NCBI GenBank assembly: GCA_025966155.1
Contig: JAOPVO010000303.1
Span: 1 to 56,618, forward strand
Length of the DNA: 56,618 nucleotides
Source: Pseudonocardiales bacterium
GTDB taxonomy: Bacteria; Actinomycetota; Actinomycetes; Mycobacteriales; Jatrophihabitantaceae
Reading direction: 5' to 3'
A program made the translations under genes and the position numbers. Positions 10,029-18,187 of this stretch are shown piece after piece (positions within the stretch are counted from its first letter, which is position 1; each line of letters opens with the position of its first letter). Below the pieces are notes generated by a model. The model searched no databases and was not told where the DNA came from. It saw nothing but the letters and a program-made list of their open reading frames with translations.

Positions 10029-10912
10029 CCGAGCCCGGCCACTCGATACTGTCTGCGGACGATGCGCCCGCCGCGCTCGGCCAGCCCGGTTCCAGCGCCG
10101 GTCGAGGCGACGACCGGCGCGACACCCGACCGCTCGGCGCGGGCACCGGGCTCGGGCTGGGCATCGGCGTCCTCTGGCTGAGCCTCGTCGTGCTGCTGCC
10201 GCTCGCCGCAATCGTGGTCGCCTCGACCGATGACGGCTGGTCCGGCTTCTACGACACCGTGACCGGCGATGCCGTCGCCGCCGCGCTGAAGCTCTCCATC
10301 GGCATGTCGCTGTTCGTCGCCTTCGTCAACGCCATCATGGGGACGCTGGTGGCGTGGGTGCTGGTGCGCGATCCCTTCCCCGGGCGGCGCGTGCTCGAGG
10401 TCATCATCGATGTGCCGTTCGCCCTGCCGACGATCGTCGCCGGGCTGGTGCTCATCACGCTGTACGGGCCGATGACGCCGATTGGGCTCGAGCTCGTCGG
10501 CACGCGCAAGGCGATCTTCGTGGCGCTGCTGTTCGTCACGCTGCCGTTCGTCGTTCGCACGGTCCAGCCGGTCCTGATGGAGCTCGACCGCGAGGTCGAG
10601 GAGGCCGCCGCATCACTGGGCGCGAGCCGCTTCACCATTTTCCGGCGCATCGTGCTGCCGAACCTCGCGCCGGCAATCGCCTCGGGGGCCGGGCTGTGCT
10701 TCGCCCGCGCCGTCGGGGAGTACGGGTCGGTGGTCCTGATCGCCGGGAACATCCCGTTCCAGACGGAGATCGCGTCGGTGCGCATCCTCACGCAGATCGA
10801 GAACGATCAGACGGCCGCGGCCGCGGCGACGGCGACGGTGCTGCTCGCGGTCGGCCTGCTGGTGATCATCGCGCTGGATCTGGGACGCCGATTGGTGGGT
10901 CGCCGTGGCTGA
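10025..10912 (+). CDS. cysT: sulfate ABC transporter permease CysT
   Basis: GTG 10025 overlaps the SBP stop (GTGA). Six-TM MetI-type permease with an EAA-like loop (EEAAASLGASRFTIFRRIVLPNLAPA). The 5' 1.1 kb of ORF 8924..10912 is out-of-frame read-through over the SBP gene. Confidence 0.9.
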   Translation: MTEPGHSILSADDAPAALGQPGSSAGRGDDRRDTRPLGAGTGLGLGIGVLWLSLVVLLPLAAIVVASTDDGWSGFYDTVTGDAVAAALKLSIGMSLFVAFVNAIMGTLVAWVLVRDPFPGRRVLEVIIDVPFALPTIVAGLVLITLYGPMTPIGLELVGTRKAIFVALLFVTLPFVVRTVQPVLMELDREVEEAAASLGASRFTIFRRIVLPNLAPAIASGAGLCFARAVGEYGSVVLIAGNIPFQTEIASVRILTQIENDQTAAAAATATVLLAVGLLVIIALDLGRRLVGRRG

Positions 10913-11768
10913 CGCCGGGGCGGACGCAGCGGTCAAGCACCCCCGGCGGCAACGGCGCCTCGGCCTGGAGCCCAGCCGGCCCACGCGCTACGGGCTGCGG
11001 TTCGTCGCCCTGCTCTACGTCGGCCTGCTCGTGCTGCTGCCATTGGGCACGGTGCTCTGGCGGACGTTCGAGAACGGCGTCGGCCCGGTGTGGGAGGCCA
11101 TCAACCAGCCCGATGTGTGGCACGCCTTCCGGTTGACCGCGCTCGTGGCGATCCTCTCGGTCATCATCAACACGATCTTCGGCGTCGGCATGGCGCTGCT
11201 GCTCGTGCGCACCCGGTTCCCGGGCCGCCAGGCGCTGGACTTCCTCCTGGACCTGCCGCTGTCAGTCTCCCCGATCGTGGTGGGCCTGGCCCTCATCCTC
11301 GTGTACGGGAAGAACGGCTGGTTCGGCGGCGCGCTGGGCGATGCCGGCATCCAGGTCATCTTCGCGACACCGGGGATGGTGCTGGCGACGGTGTTCGTGT
11401 CGCTGCCGCTGGTGCTGCGCGAGGTGATGCCCGTGCTGCGCGAGGTCGGCATCGAGCAGGAGCAGGCGGCGCAGTCCCTGGGCGCCAGCGCACTCCAGCG
11501 ATTCCGCCGAATTACCCTGCCGACTATCAAGTGGGCCGTCGCCTATGGACTCGTGCTCAGCCTGGCCCGCTCGCTTGGGGAGTTCGGCGCGGTCAAAGTC
11601 GTGTCGGGCAACCTCCTCAACCGGACGCAGACCGCGACCCTCGTCGTCGAGCAGAAGTACCAGGACTTCGAGCAGCCGGCGGCGTACGCCATCGCGTTCG
11701 TGCTGGTCTTCGTCGCGATCATCGCCATCGTCATCATCTCGATCATTCGCCCGAAGGAAGACCGCTGA
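10905..11768 (+). CDS. cysW: sulfate ABC transporter permease CysW
   Basis: GTG 10905 overlaps the cysT end by 8 nt. Paralogous permease with [26 protein letters not shown]. Confidence 0.9.
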   Translation: MADAGADAAVKHPRRQRRLGLEPSRPTRYGLRFVALLYVGLLVLLPLGTVLWRTFENGVGPVWEAINQPDVWHAFRLTALVAILSVIINTIFGVGMALLLVRTRFPGRQALDFLLDLPLSVSPIVVGLALILVYGKNGWFGGALGDAGIQVIFATPGMVLATVFVSLPLVLREVMPVLREVGIEQEQAAQSLGASALQRFRRITLPTIKWAVAYGLVLSLARSLGEFGAVKVVSGNLLNRTQTATLVVEQKYQDFEQPAAYAIAFVLVFVAIIAIVIISIIRPKEDR

Positions 11769-11790
11769 TGGTCACAAGGGGACACCGCTG

Positions 11791-12777
11791 ATGGGTATCG
11801 AAGCACGCAATGTCGTCAAGCGATTCGGCAGCTTCACCGCTGTCGATGACGTCTCCCTGAATGTCACCAGCGGCAACCTGACGGCGCTGCTCGGCCCCAG
11901 CGGCGGAGGCAAGTCGACGCTGCTGCGGATCATCGCCGGCCTCGAGTCGCCCGATGGCGGCCGCATCCTCATCGACGGCGTCGATTCCACCGGCCTGCCG
12001 CCGCAGCGCCGCGGGGTGGGGTTCGTCTTCCAGCACTACGCCGCGTTCAAGCACCTATCGGTGTACCGGAATGTGGCGTTCGGGCTCGAGATCCGCCGCC
12101 GTCCGAAGGCCGAGATCCGCAAGCGCGTGCACGAGCTCCTGGAGCTCGTCCACCTCGAGCAGTTCGCCGATCGGCTGCCGTCGCAGCTATCGGGCGGCCA
12201 GCGGCAGCGGATGGCCCTGGCCCGGGCGCTGGCGGTTGAGCCCAAGGTGCTCCTGCTGGACGAGCCGTTCGGCGCCTTGGACGCCAAGGTGCGCAAGGAG
12301 CTTCGCGATTGGCTGCGCCGTCTGCACGACGAGGTGCATGTGACCACCCTGTTCGTCACGCACGACCAGGAGGAGGCGCTGGAGGTGTCCGACGAGCTCG
12401 TCGTGATCAACAACGGCCGCATCGAGCAGATCGGGTCGCCCAACGACCTCTATGATAAGCCGGCTAACGAATTCGTGATGGGCTTCCTGGGCCCGGTGAC
12501 GCAGCTGGGCGGGCGCCTGGTGCGCCCGCACGACATCGAGGTGCTGCTGACCGCCGAGCCCGGCACGATCGAGGCCACTGTGCAGCGCGTGCAGCGGGTC
12601 GGATTCGAGGTCCGGGTCGACTTCGCCACGCCCGCCTCCGCGGCCGTGACGACCGTGCAGCTGACGCGCGGGCAGGCCGATTCCCTCGGCATCCGCGACG
12701 GGCTGCGAATCTGGCTCCGGGCCGCGCCCAACGCATCGACGATCGTCGCCGCGCCGTCGCTAGCCAAGACGCTCTAG
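11791..12777 (+). CDS. cysA: sulfate ABC transporter ATP-binding protein CysA
   Basis: ATG 11791 with an AAGGGGA SD. Walker [10 protein letters not shown], signature LSGGQRQR, Walker B LLLDEPF, C-terminal TOBE-like domain. Confidence 0.92.
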   Translation: MGIEARNVVKRFGSFTAVDDVSLNVTSGNLTALLGPSGGGKSTLLRIIAGLESPDGGRILIDGVDSTGLPPQRRGVGFVFQHYAAFKHLSVYRNVAFGLEIRRRPKAEIRKRVHELLELVHLEQFADRLPSQLSGGQRQRMALARALAVEPKVLLLDEPFGALDAKVRKELRDWLRRLHDEVHVTTLFVTHDQEEALEVSDELVVINNGRIEQIGSPNDLYDKPANEFVMGFLGPVTQLGGRLVRPHDIEVLLTAEPGTIEATVQRVQRVGFEVRVDFATPASAAVTTVQLTRGQADSLGIRDGLRIWLRAAPNASTIVAAPSLAKTL

Positions 12778-12783
12778 GCCGCA

Positions 12784-13221
12784 ATGCAGATCTCCGCCCG
12801 ATCGGACTACGCGCTCCGCGCCATGCTCGTCCTCGCCGACCGGGTGCCGGAGTGGGTGAGCGTCACGGACCTGGCGCAGAACCAGCAACTGCCCCGACCG
12901 TTCCTGGAGCAGATCCTGGGCGAGCTGCGCCGGGCCCGGCTGGTGCGCAGCCAGCGCGGCGCCCGCGGCGGCTACACCATCGAGGGAACGGCCGACTCGA
13001 TCAGCCTCGGCTCGATCATCCGCGTTGTCGAGGGCACCCTGACCGAGGTGCGCGGGCGCCTGCCCGGCGATCTGGCCTATACCGGGCCGGCCGCTCTGCT
13101 GCCGCAGATCATGCTGGCCGTCGACGCCAGCGTCCGGTCGGTTCTCGACGACACGACGCTGGCCGACGTGATCAACGGCACGCTGCCCGCCCACGTTCAA
13201 TCGCTGCTAGCGGCGGGCTAG
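12784..13221 (+). CDS. Rrf2 family transcriptional regulator, cysteine-free (CymR-like)
   Basis: MQISARSDYALRAMLVLA... wHTH ...LVRSQRGARGGY. Only 6 nt after cysA, so probably co-transcribed. The 145-aa sequence contains no Cys. Confidence 0.9.
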   Translation: MQISARSDYALRAMLVLADRVPEWVSVTDLAQNQQLPRPFLEQILGELRRARLVRSQRGARGGYTIEGTADSISLGSIIRVVEGTLTEVRGRLPGDLAYTGPAALLPQIMLAVDASVRSVLDDTTLADVINGTLPAHVQSLLAAG

Positions 13222-13713
13222 GCGGTCCTCGGCGAGGGACAGCCGGCGGGACACATCGGCGCAGTCCTCGCAGATCGACTCGGGGATCACGTGCAGGCGC
13301 ATGAGGAAGCCGAACACGATGCAGCCGATGCACACGGCGAGGATCGACTCCAGCGCCGCGGCGATGGAGATCAGGACCAGAAGCACCAGCACGGCGGTGG
13401 TCTGCCCGAACGCGAAGTGCAGGATCGCCGCCGCTGTCGTGATCACCGCGCCCATGGCCTGGGCGAACCGCTTCGGCGGCCCGGGGACCAGGCGCGGTGC
13501 GCCCAGCTGCGGCGCGATCACCCGCGTCGCCAGCTGGCCCAGCGGGCTGAGCGTCGGCCCGGTCGCGGTGCGGGCGATGAAGCCGTACGCCAGCACCGCG
13601 GTCAGCCAGAGCTGGCCGGTCGCGACTGTCAGCACGCTAAGGATCAGCACCCCGGCGGCGACGGTGCGGGCGGCCTTCTCGTTGACCGGATTCGGGAATC
13701 CGATGATGCTCAT
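13207..13713 (-). CDS. DUF4395 family membrane protein
   Basis: Start MSIIGFPNPVNEKAAR (ATG at 13713). Four TM segments. C-terminal Cys pairs CIGC and CEDC. The upstream part of ORF 13207..13965 is Arg/Gly junk overlapping the rhodanese gene. Confidence 0.75.
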   Translation of the reverse strand: MSIIGFPNPVNEKAARTVAAGVLILSVLTVATGQLWLTAVLAYGFIARTATGPTLSPLGQLATRVIAPQLGAPRLVPGPPKRFAQAMGAVITTAAAILHFAFGQTTAVLVLLVLISIAAALESILAVCIGCIVFGFLMRLHVIPESICEDCADVSRRLSLAEDRLARR

Positions 13714-13736
13714 GGAGCCGACTCTAGAGTCCGCGC

Positions 13737-14273
13737 TCAGTTGCGCCCATGCACCGGCGCCGGGCTGTGCCGACGACGGTCGCGGGCGGCGAAGGCGTTG
13801 GCGGCATCCAGCAGCGGGACTGTCGCCTCGACGGCGGTCTCGCCGAAGCGGGTCGGCAGCTGCGCGGCCTGCCAGGCGTGGAATCCGCCCTCGATGTCGG
13901 TTGCCGTCACGCCGATCGAGTTCAGGGCATCGGCCGCCAGGGAGGATGTGTAGCCCTCCGAGCACAGCACGATCCAGGTCCGGCCGTCGGCCTGGGGAAG
14001 CCGGGCGGGGGAGTGCTGGTCAAGGCGCCATTCGAGGTGGTTGCGCTCGACGATGATGCTGCCGGGCACCTCGCCCTCGACGCGCCGCTGCCAGGACGGG
14101 CGGATGTCGACCAGCCCGGCTCCGGCGCCGACCGCGCGCCAGGCCTCGAGCGGCGTCATCCGCCGAAGCCGCGAGCGGGCGTCGTCGAGCAGTCCGTCGA
14201 TGCCCCGGAATCGGGCAGGCGCGCGGGCGATCGGCGGGCGGGGGAGGGGCGGACGCGTGAGGGCGGCGGTCAT
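13737..14273 (-). CDS. rhodanese-like single-domain sulfurtransferase
   Basis: Rhodanese fold with active-site loop CSEGYTS and GGFHAW. The ATG overlaps the stop of the upstream dioxygenase gene (ATGA at 14270-14273). Confidence 0.8.
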   Translation of the reverse strand: MTAALTRPPLPRPPIARAPARFRGIDGLLDDARSRLRRMTPLEAWRAVGAGAGLVDIRPSWQRRVEGEVPGSIIVERNHLEWRLDQHSPARLPQADGRTWIVLCSEGYTSSLAADALNSIGVTATDIEGGFHAWQAAQLPTRFGETAVEATVPLLDAANAFAARDRRRHSPAPVHGRN

Positions 14274-14833
14274 AGCAGCGGCTCGGCATTCTCGAGGGAG
14301 GCCTCGGGGTCATCGGTGTCGAGCTGCGCGATGCGCGTCAGCCCGCCGTCGTCGGCAAGGTCGTAGAAGGTCATGGAGGTCAGCGGCGGGGAGTAGGCGT
14401 GCACGCTGACCGCGGGCCGGGCCGAGGTGTTCAGCACGTCATGGACGTAGCGCGGCCCGAACGACACGGTCGCCCCGGCCTGGCGATCCCGGCGCTGAAG
14501 ATGCGCGGCGGTGCGGGGGCCGGCGAGGGAGGCCTCCTCGAGGGCGCCCTCCAGCACGGTGAATGCCCCGGACGAGCCGCCGTGGTCGTGCAGCTGGGTG
14601 CCCTGCGCCGGCATCCAGGTGATGAGCCAGACGTCGACGCGGTCGTCGCGGTACAGCCGCTGGTGCCATCGGCTCTGCGCATCGAAGCGCCACGGATGGG
14701 AGCCGGCGAGCAGCTCCTGCGCCAGGAAGCGGGTGTGGTCGCCCAGCTGGGCGACAGTCAGCGGACCCCGGGCGCTGGCGGTGCGGCTGGCAGTGCGCCG
14801 GATCCGGGCGGGCGAGCGGAGGGCGGTGGTCAC
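14270..14833 (-). CDS. cysteine dioxygenase type I family protein (cupin)
   Basis: 3-His iron site LHDHGG...YVHDV, SVHAYSPPL (Tyr157 region), Gly at the mammalian Cys93 position as in bacterial CDOs, and an Arg (HQRLY) aligning with substrate-binding Arg60. GTG 14833 has a GGAG SD 8 nt upstream; ATG 14917 lacks one. Confidence 0.8.
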   Translation of the reverse strand: MTTALRSPARIRRTASRTASARGPLTVAQLGDHTRFLAQELLAGSHPWRFDAQSRWHQRLYRDDRVDVWLITWMPAQGTQLHDHGGSSGAFTVLEGALEEASLAGPRTAAHLQRRDRQAGATVSFGPRYVHDVLNTSARPAVSVHAYSPPLTSMTFYDLADDGGLTRIAQLDTDDPEASLENAEPLL

Positions 14834-14876
14834 GGGTGATGCTCCAGTCAGGGGGTCGGCGAGGGAGTGGGGACGG

Positions 14877-14922
14877 CGGCACAGCGACAACACATCGCGG
14901 CACAGCGCATCGCGCAACAGCG
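14877..14922. repeat. imperfect direct repeats upstream of the dioxygenase operon
   Basis: CGGCACAGCG at 14877-14886 and 14898-14907 (21-bp period). Adjacent 15-mers CATCGCGGCACAGCG (14893-14907) and CATCGCGCAACAGCG (14908-14922) match at 13/15 positions. Confidence 0.5.
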
Positions 14923-15164
14923 GCTCATCGCCAGGGGACGCGTCCAGCTCACCTCGGGACCTCCTTTCCGCATCGCCGCGCCGTGCGCGGGTCGGGCGGC
15001 GCGGCGGTTCTCCGCCGGCAGCAGCTCTATCATCCGCGCCGGCGCGGCCGTTGTCTACTCCATCGCTAGATAAACTAGGCTTGGGCGCGGTTCAACCTGG
15101 GGCGTGTCCCGGGTGACACGCTCGCCCCCCGCGCAGGCGCGGCGGGCGCATCCCGAGGAAGATC

Positions 15165-15965
15165 GTGACCATGACTACGACAGACTCGCTGCCCGACCGC
15201 GCCGATGCGCCGCCGATCGCCTCCTGGGACGAGCCCGAGGGCCTGGCGGCGCGCGGGACGGTGATTGTCGTAGTCGGGCGGGGCGAGCACCCGGGCCTCT
15301 ACGAGCGGTTCGGGCGCCGCATCTCGGCCGACGCCTGGCGGGTCCGCGCCGTCGCCGACCCCATCACGGCGCCCGATGCCGCCGCCGAGCAGATCGCCGC
15401 GCTGCTCAGCGACCCCGACCTGCCCGAGCCCAAGGTCCTGGTGGGCTCGGATTCCGGCGCGGCCTATGTGGCCGCACGGGTGTCCGCCGGCGAGCTGGCC
15501 CCGGCCGGCGTCGTGCTGGTCGGCCTGCCGACCACCCCCTCCGCAGCGGACCGCGATGAGCTGCGCGACTGGGATGCCGAGCTGCTGGAGCGCACGTCCT
15601 GCCCGGCGCACCGGGCCCGCCTGACCGCCGACACCGGCATGCGCCGCGGCGCGATCGGCGGCGACGCCGTCCCGCAGGCCTGGCTGGAGGCCGTGGCGCC
15701 GAGCGCGTTGGGCGTGCCGGTGCTCGGCCTGCACGGCGCGGCCGACCGGATCAGCCCGCTGGCCGACGTCCGGGCGATCTACGCCCAGGCCCCGCAGGCC
15801 CGGCTGGTGAGCATCGTCGGGGGCAAGCACGACGCGCTCAACGACAAGACCCATCGCGTCGCGGCCGCGACGACGATGCTGTTCCTCGAGAGCCTCAAGG
15901 AGGGCCCGGACGTGCCCGAGATCGCCCATACCGAGGACCTCCGCGCGACGGGATCGGCTCTGTGA
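15165..15965 (+). CDS. alpha/beta hydrolase
   Basis: Nucleophile elbow VGSDSGAAY, later LHGAADRISP and GGKHDAL (Asp/His candidates). GAGGAAG SD before GTG 15165 (ATG 15171 is an alternative). Confidence 0.7.
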   Translation: MTMTTTDSLPDRADAPPIASWDEPEGLAARGTVIVVVGRGEHPGLYERFGRRISADAWRVRAVADPITAPDAAAEQIAALLSDPDLPEPKVLVGSDSGAAYVAARVSAGELAPAGVVLVGLPTTPSAADRDELRDWDAELLERTSCPAHRARLTADTGMRRGAIGGDAVPQAWLEAVAPSALGVPVLGLHGAADRISPLADVRAIYAQAPQARLVSIVGGKHDALNDKTHRVAAATTMLFLESLKEGPDVPEIAHTEDLRATGSAL

Positions 15966-16798
15966 GCGCCGTCCTGATCTCCGCGGCCGATCTGGCTCCC
16001 CGCGTCGCCGCCGGCGATGTTGTCCTGCTCGACGTGCGCTGGGCGCTGGGCGACCCCCACGGTCACCAGCACTACCTCGACGGCCACATCCCGGGCGCGG
16101 TCTTCGTCGACCTCGACACCGAGCTGGCCTCGCCGCCGTCGCCGAAGTCCGGGCGCCACCCGCTGCCGGCCATCGAGGACCTCCAGGCAGCCGCCCGCCG
16201 CTGGGGCATCAACGCAGGGTCAACCGTCGTCGCGTACGACAACGGCGGCGCGATGTCGGCATCGCGCTCGTGGTGGCTGCTGCGATGGGGCGGGCTGACC
16301 GATGTCCTGCTGCTCGACGGCGGCCTCGCGGCATGGATCTCGGCCGGCGGCGAGCTCGCCACCGACGACGTCGTCCCCGTTCCGGGCGATGTCGTGCTGA
16401 GCCCGGGCAATCTCCCGGTGCTCGACGCCGACGCGGCCGCCGGCCAGGCCGTCACCGGGATCCTGCTCGATGCCCGCGCGGGCGAGCGCTACCGCGGCGA
16501 GGTCGAGCCGATCGACCCGCGCGCCGGCCACATCCCCGGGGCGGTGAGCGCGCCGACCGGCGAGAACCTCGCCGCCGATGGGCGGTTCAAGTCCGCCGCG
16601 GAGCTGCGGGCGCGCTTCGCCGCCCTCGGGGCCACCGAGGACGCCCCCGTCGGGTCGTACTGCGGCTCCGGGGTGACCGCGGCCCACCAGGCGGCGGCAC
16701 TGGCCATCGCCGGCTTCGATGCCGTTGTATACCCCGGCTCGTGGTCGCAGTGGTCCAACGACCCCGCCCGCCCGGCCGCCACCGGCTCCGCGCCGTGA
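15962..16798 (+). CDS. sseA: 3-mercaptopyruvate/thiosulfate sulfurtransferase (tandem rhodanese domains)
   Basis: Two rhodanese domains. The active-site loop YCGSGVTA is the CG(S/T)GVT type typical of mercaptopyruvate sulfurtransferases. GTGA overlap with the hydrolase gene. Confidence 0.88.
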   Translation: MSAVLISAADLAPRVAAGDVVLLDVRWALGDPHGHQHYLDGHIPGAVFVDLDTELASPPSPKSGRHPLPAIEDLQAAARRWGINAGSTVVAYDNGGAMSASRSWWLLRWGGLTDVLLLDGGLAAWISAGGELATDDVVPVPGDVVLSPGNLPVLDADAAAGQAVTGILLDARAGERYRGEVEPIDPRAGHIPGAVSAPTGENLAADGRFKSAAELRARFAALGATEDAPVGSYCGSGVTAAHQAAALAIAGFDAVVYPGSWSQWSNDPARPAATGSAP

Positions 16799-18162
16799 CA
16801 GGGGACCCGCTGGGGCAATTGCGGGCGGCTCTGCCGACAGGCCGCGTCAGCACCGACCCCGCGGACCTCGGCGCGAACACCTTCGACCGATCCGGCTGGA
16901 TCCCCGACGGATCGGGCCCGATCGGCGTCGTGTTCGCCCGGGACGCCGCCGATGTACAGGCGACTATGCGATTCGCGTCCGAGCACGGCGTGCCCGTCGT
17001 CGTCCGCGGCGCGGGCACCGGCCTGTCCGGCGCGGCCACCGCGACGGCGGGGTCCCTGGTACTCAGCCTCGCGCGGATGGACCGCATCGTCAGCCTCGAC
17101 GCCGACGACGAGACGATCGTCGTCGAGCCGGGCGTCATCACCGCCGCCGTCGACGCCGCGGCGGCCGAGCACGGCCTGCGCTACGCCCCGGATCCCGGAA
17201 GCGTAGAGATCTCGACGATCGGCGGGAACATAGCCACCAATGCCGGAGGCCTGCGCTGCGCCAAGTACGGCGTGACCCGGGACTCTGTGCTGGGCCTTGA
17301 TGTCGTGCTGGCCACCGGCGAGCTGATCAAGACCGGCCACCGGACGGTCAAGGGCGTGACCGGCTACGACCTGACGGGCCTGTTCGTCGGGTCCGAGGGG
17401 ACGCTGGGCGTCATCGTCGCCGCGACGCTGCGGCTGCGGCCCCTGCCGACGAGCACCAGCACGATCGCCGCGTTCTTCCCGACATTCGACGATGCCGCCA
17501 AGGCCAGCCTGGCGATCACCCGAGCCCGGGTGCAGCCGGCCATCCAGGAGATCGTCGACGCCACCGTGCTGCGGGCCATCGATGCCGCCGAGGGCACCGA
17601 CTTCGCGACCCGGGGCGAGGCTTTCCTGCTCGTCCAGACCGACGGCGCCGGGGCCGCTGCGGAGGCCGGGATCATCGTCGAGGTGCTCTCGGGCCTCGCC
17701 GACTCCGTCGAGGTCACTCAGGATCCGGTCGAGGCGCAGGTCCTCCTGCGGGCCCGGCGCCTGGCGCTGCCGAGCCTGGAGCTGATCGGGCGGGTGCTCA
17801 TCGAGGACATCGCGGTGCCGCGCTCGCGGATGCCCGAGGCCGTTGCCGGGATCCAGGCGATCGCCGCCCGGCACGGCGTCACCATCGCCACGCTCGCGCA
17901 CGCCGGCGACGGCAACCTCCACCCGATCATTGTGGTCGACCCCGATGCCCCGGAGATCCCCCAGGTCGCGTGGGACGCGGCAGGGGAGATCTTCGCCCTC
18001 GCCCTGCGCCTGGGCGGCACGCTCACCGGCGAGCACGGGATCGGCGTGCTCAAGCGCGCCTGGGTCGAGCAGGAGCTCGGCAGCGACAATGTCGCGCTGC
18101 AGAAGCGGCTGCGGGTGCTGTTCGACCCGGCCGCCATCCTCAACCCCGGCAAGGTCTTCTAG
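16795..18162 (+). CDS. FAD-binding oxidase (GlcD / D-lactate dehydrogenase family)
   Basis: GTG 16795 overlaps the sseA stop (GTGA). PCMH FAD domain (VVVRGAGTGLSGAA, TGYDL, GSEGTLGV). C-terminal GEHGIG...LFDPAAILNPGKV. Confidence 0.88.
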   Translation: MTGDPLGQLRAALPTGRVSTDPADLGANTFDRSGWIPDGSGPIGVVFARDAADVQATMRFASEHGVPVVVRGAGTGLSGAATATAGSLVLSLARMDRIVSLDADDETIVVEPGVITAAVDAAAAEHGLRYAPDPGSVEISTIGGNIATNAGGLRCAKYGVTRDSVLGLDVVLATGELIKTGHRTVKGVTGYDLTGLFVGSEGTLGVIVAATLRLRPLPTSTSTIAAFFPTFDDAAKASLAITRARVQPAIQEIVDATVLRAIDAAEGTDFATRGEAFLLVQTDGAGAAAEAGIIVEVLSGLADSVEVTQDPVEAQVLLRARRLALPSLELIGRVLIEDIAVPRSRMPEAVAGIQAIAARHGVTIATLAHAGDGNLHPIIVVDPDAPEIPQVAWDAAGEIFALALRLGGTLTGEHGIGVLKRAWVEQELGSDNVALQKRLRVLFDPAAILNPGKVF

Positions 18163-18187
18163 GCGACGGTTCCAGCAGATAGTCGGC

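Noticed and set aside
11768-11791. 7-codon mini-ORF (ATGGTCACAAGGGGACACCGCTGA) linked TGATG-style to both the cysW stop and the cysA start
   Set aside because: The same bases supply the AAGGGGA Shine-Dalgarno sequence for cysA at ideal spacing. The double stop-start overlap is most simply coincidental. A translational relay is possible but unsupported.
15034-15047. 14-bp perfect palindrome CCGCGCCGGCGCGG in the CDO / hydrolase intergenic region
   Set aside because: Pure-GC palindromes of this size are common by chance at this base composition. There is no second copy or positional argument.
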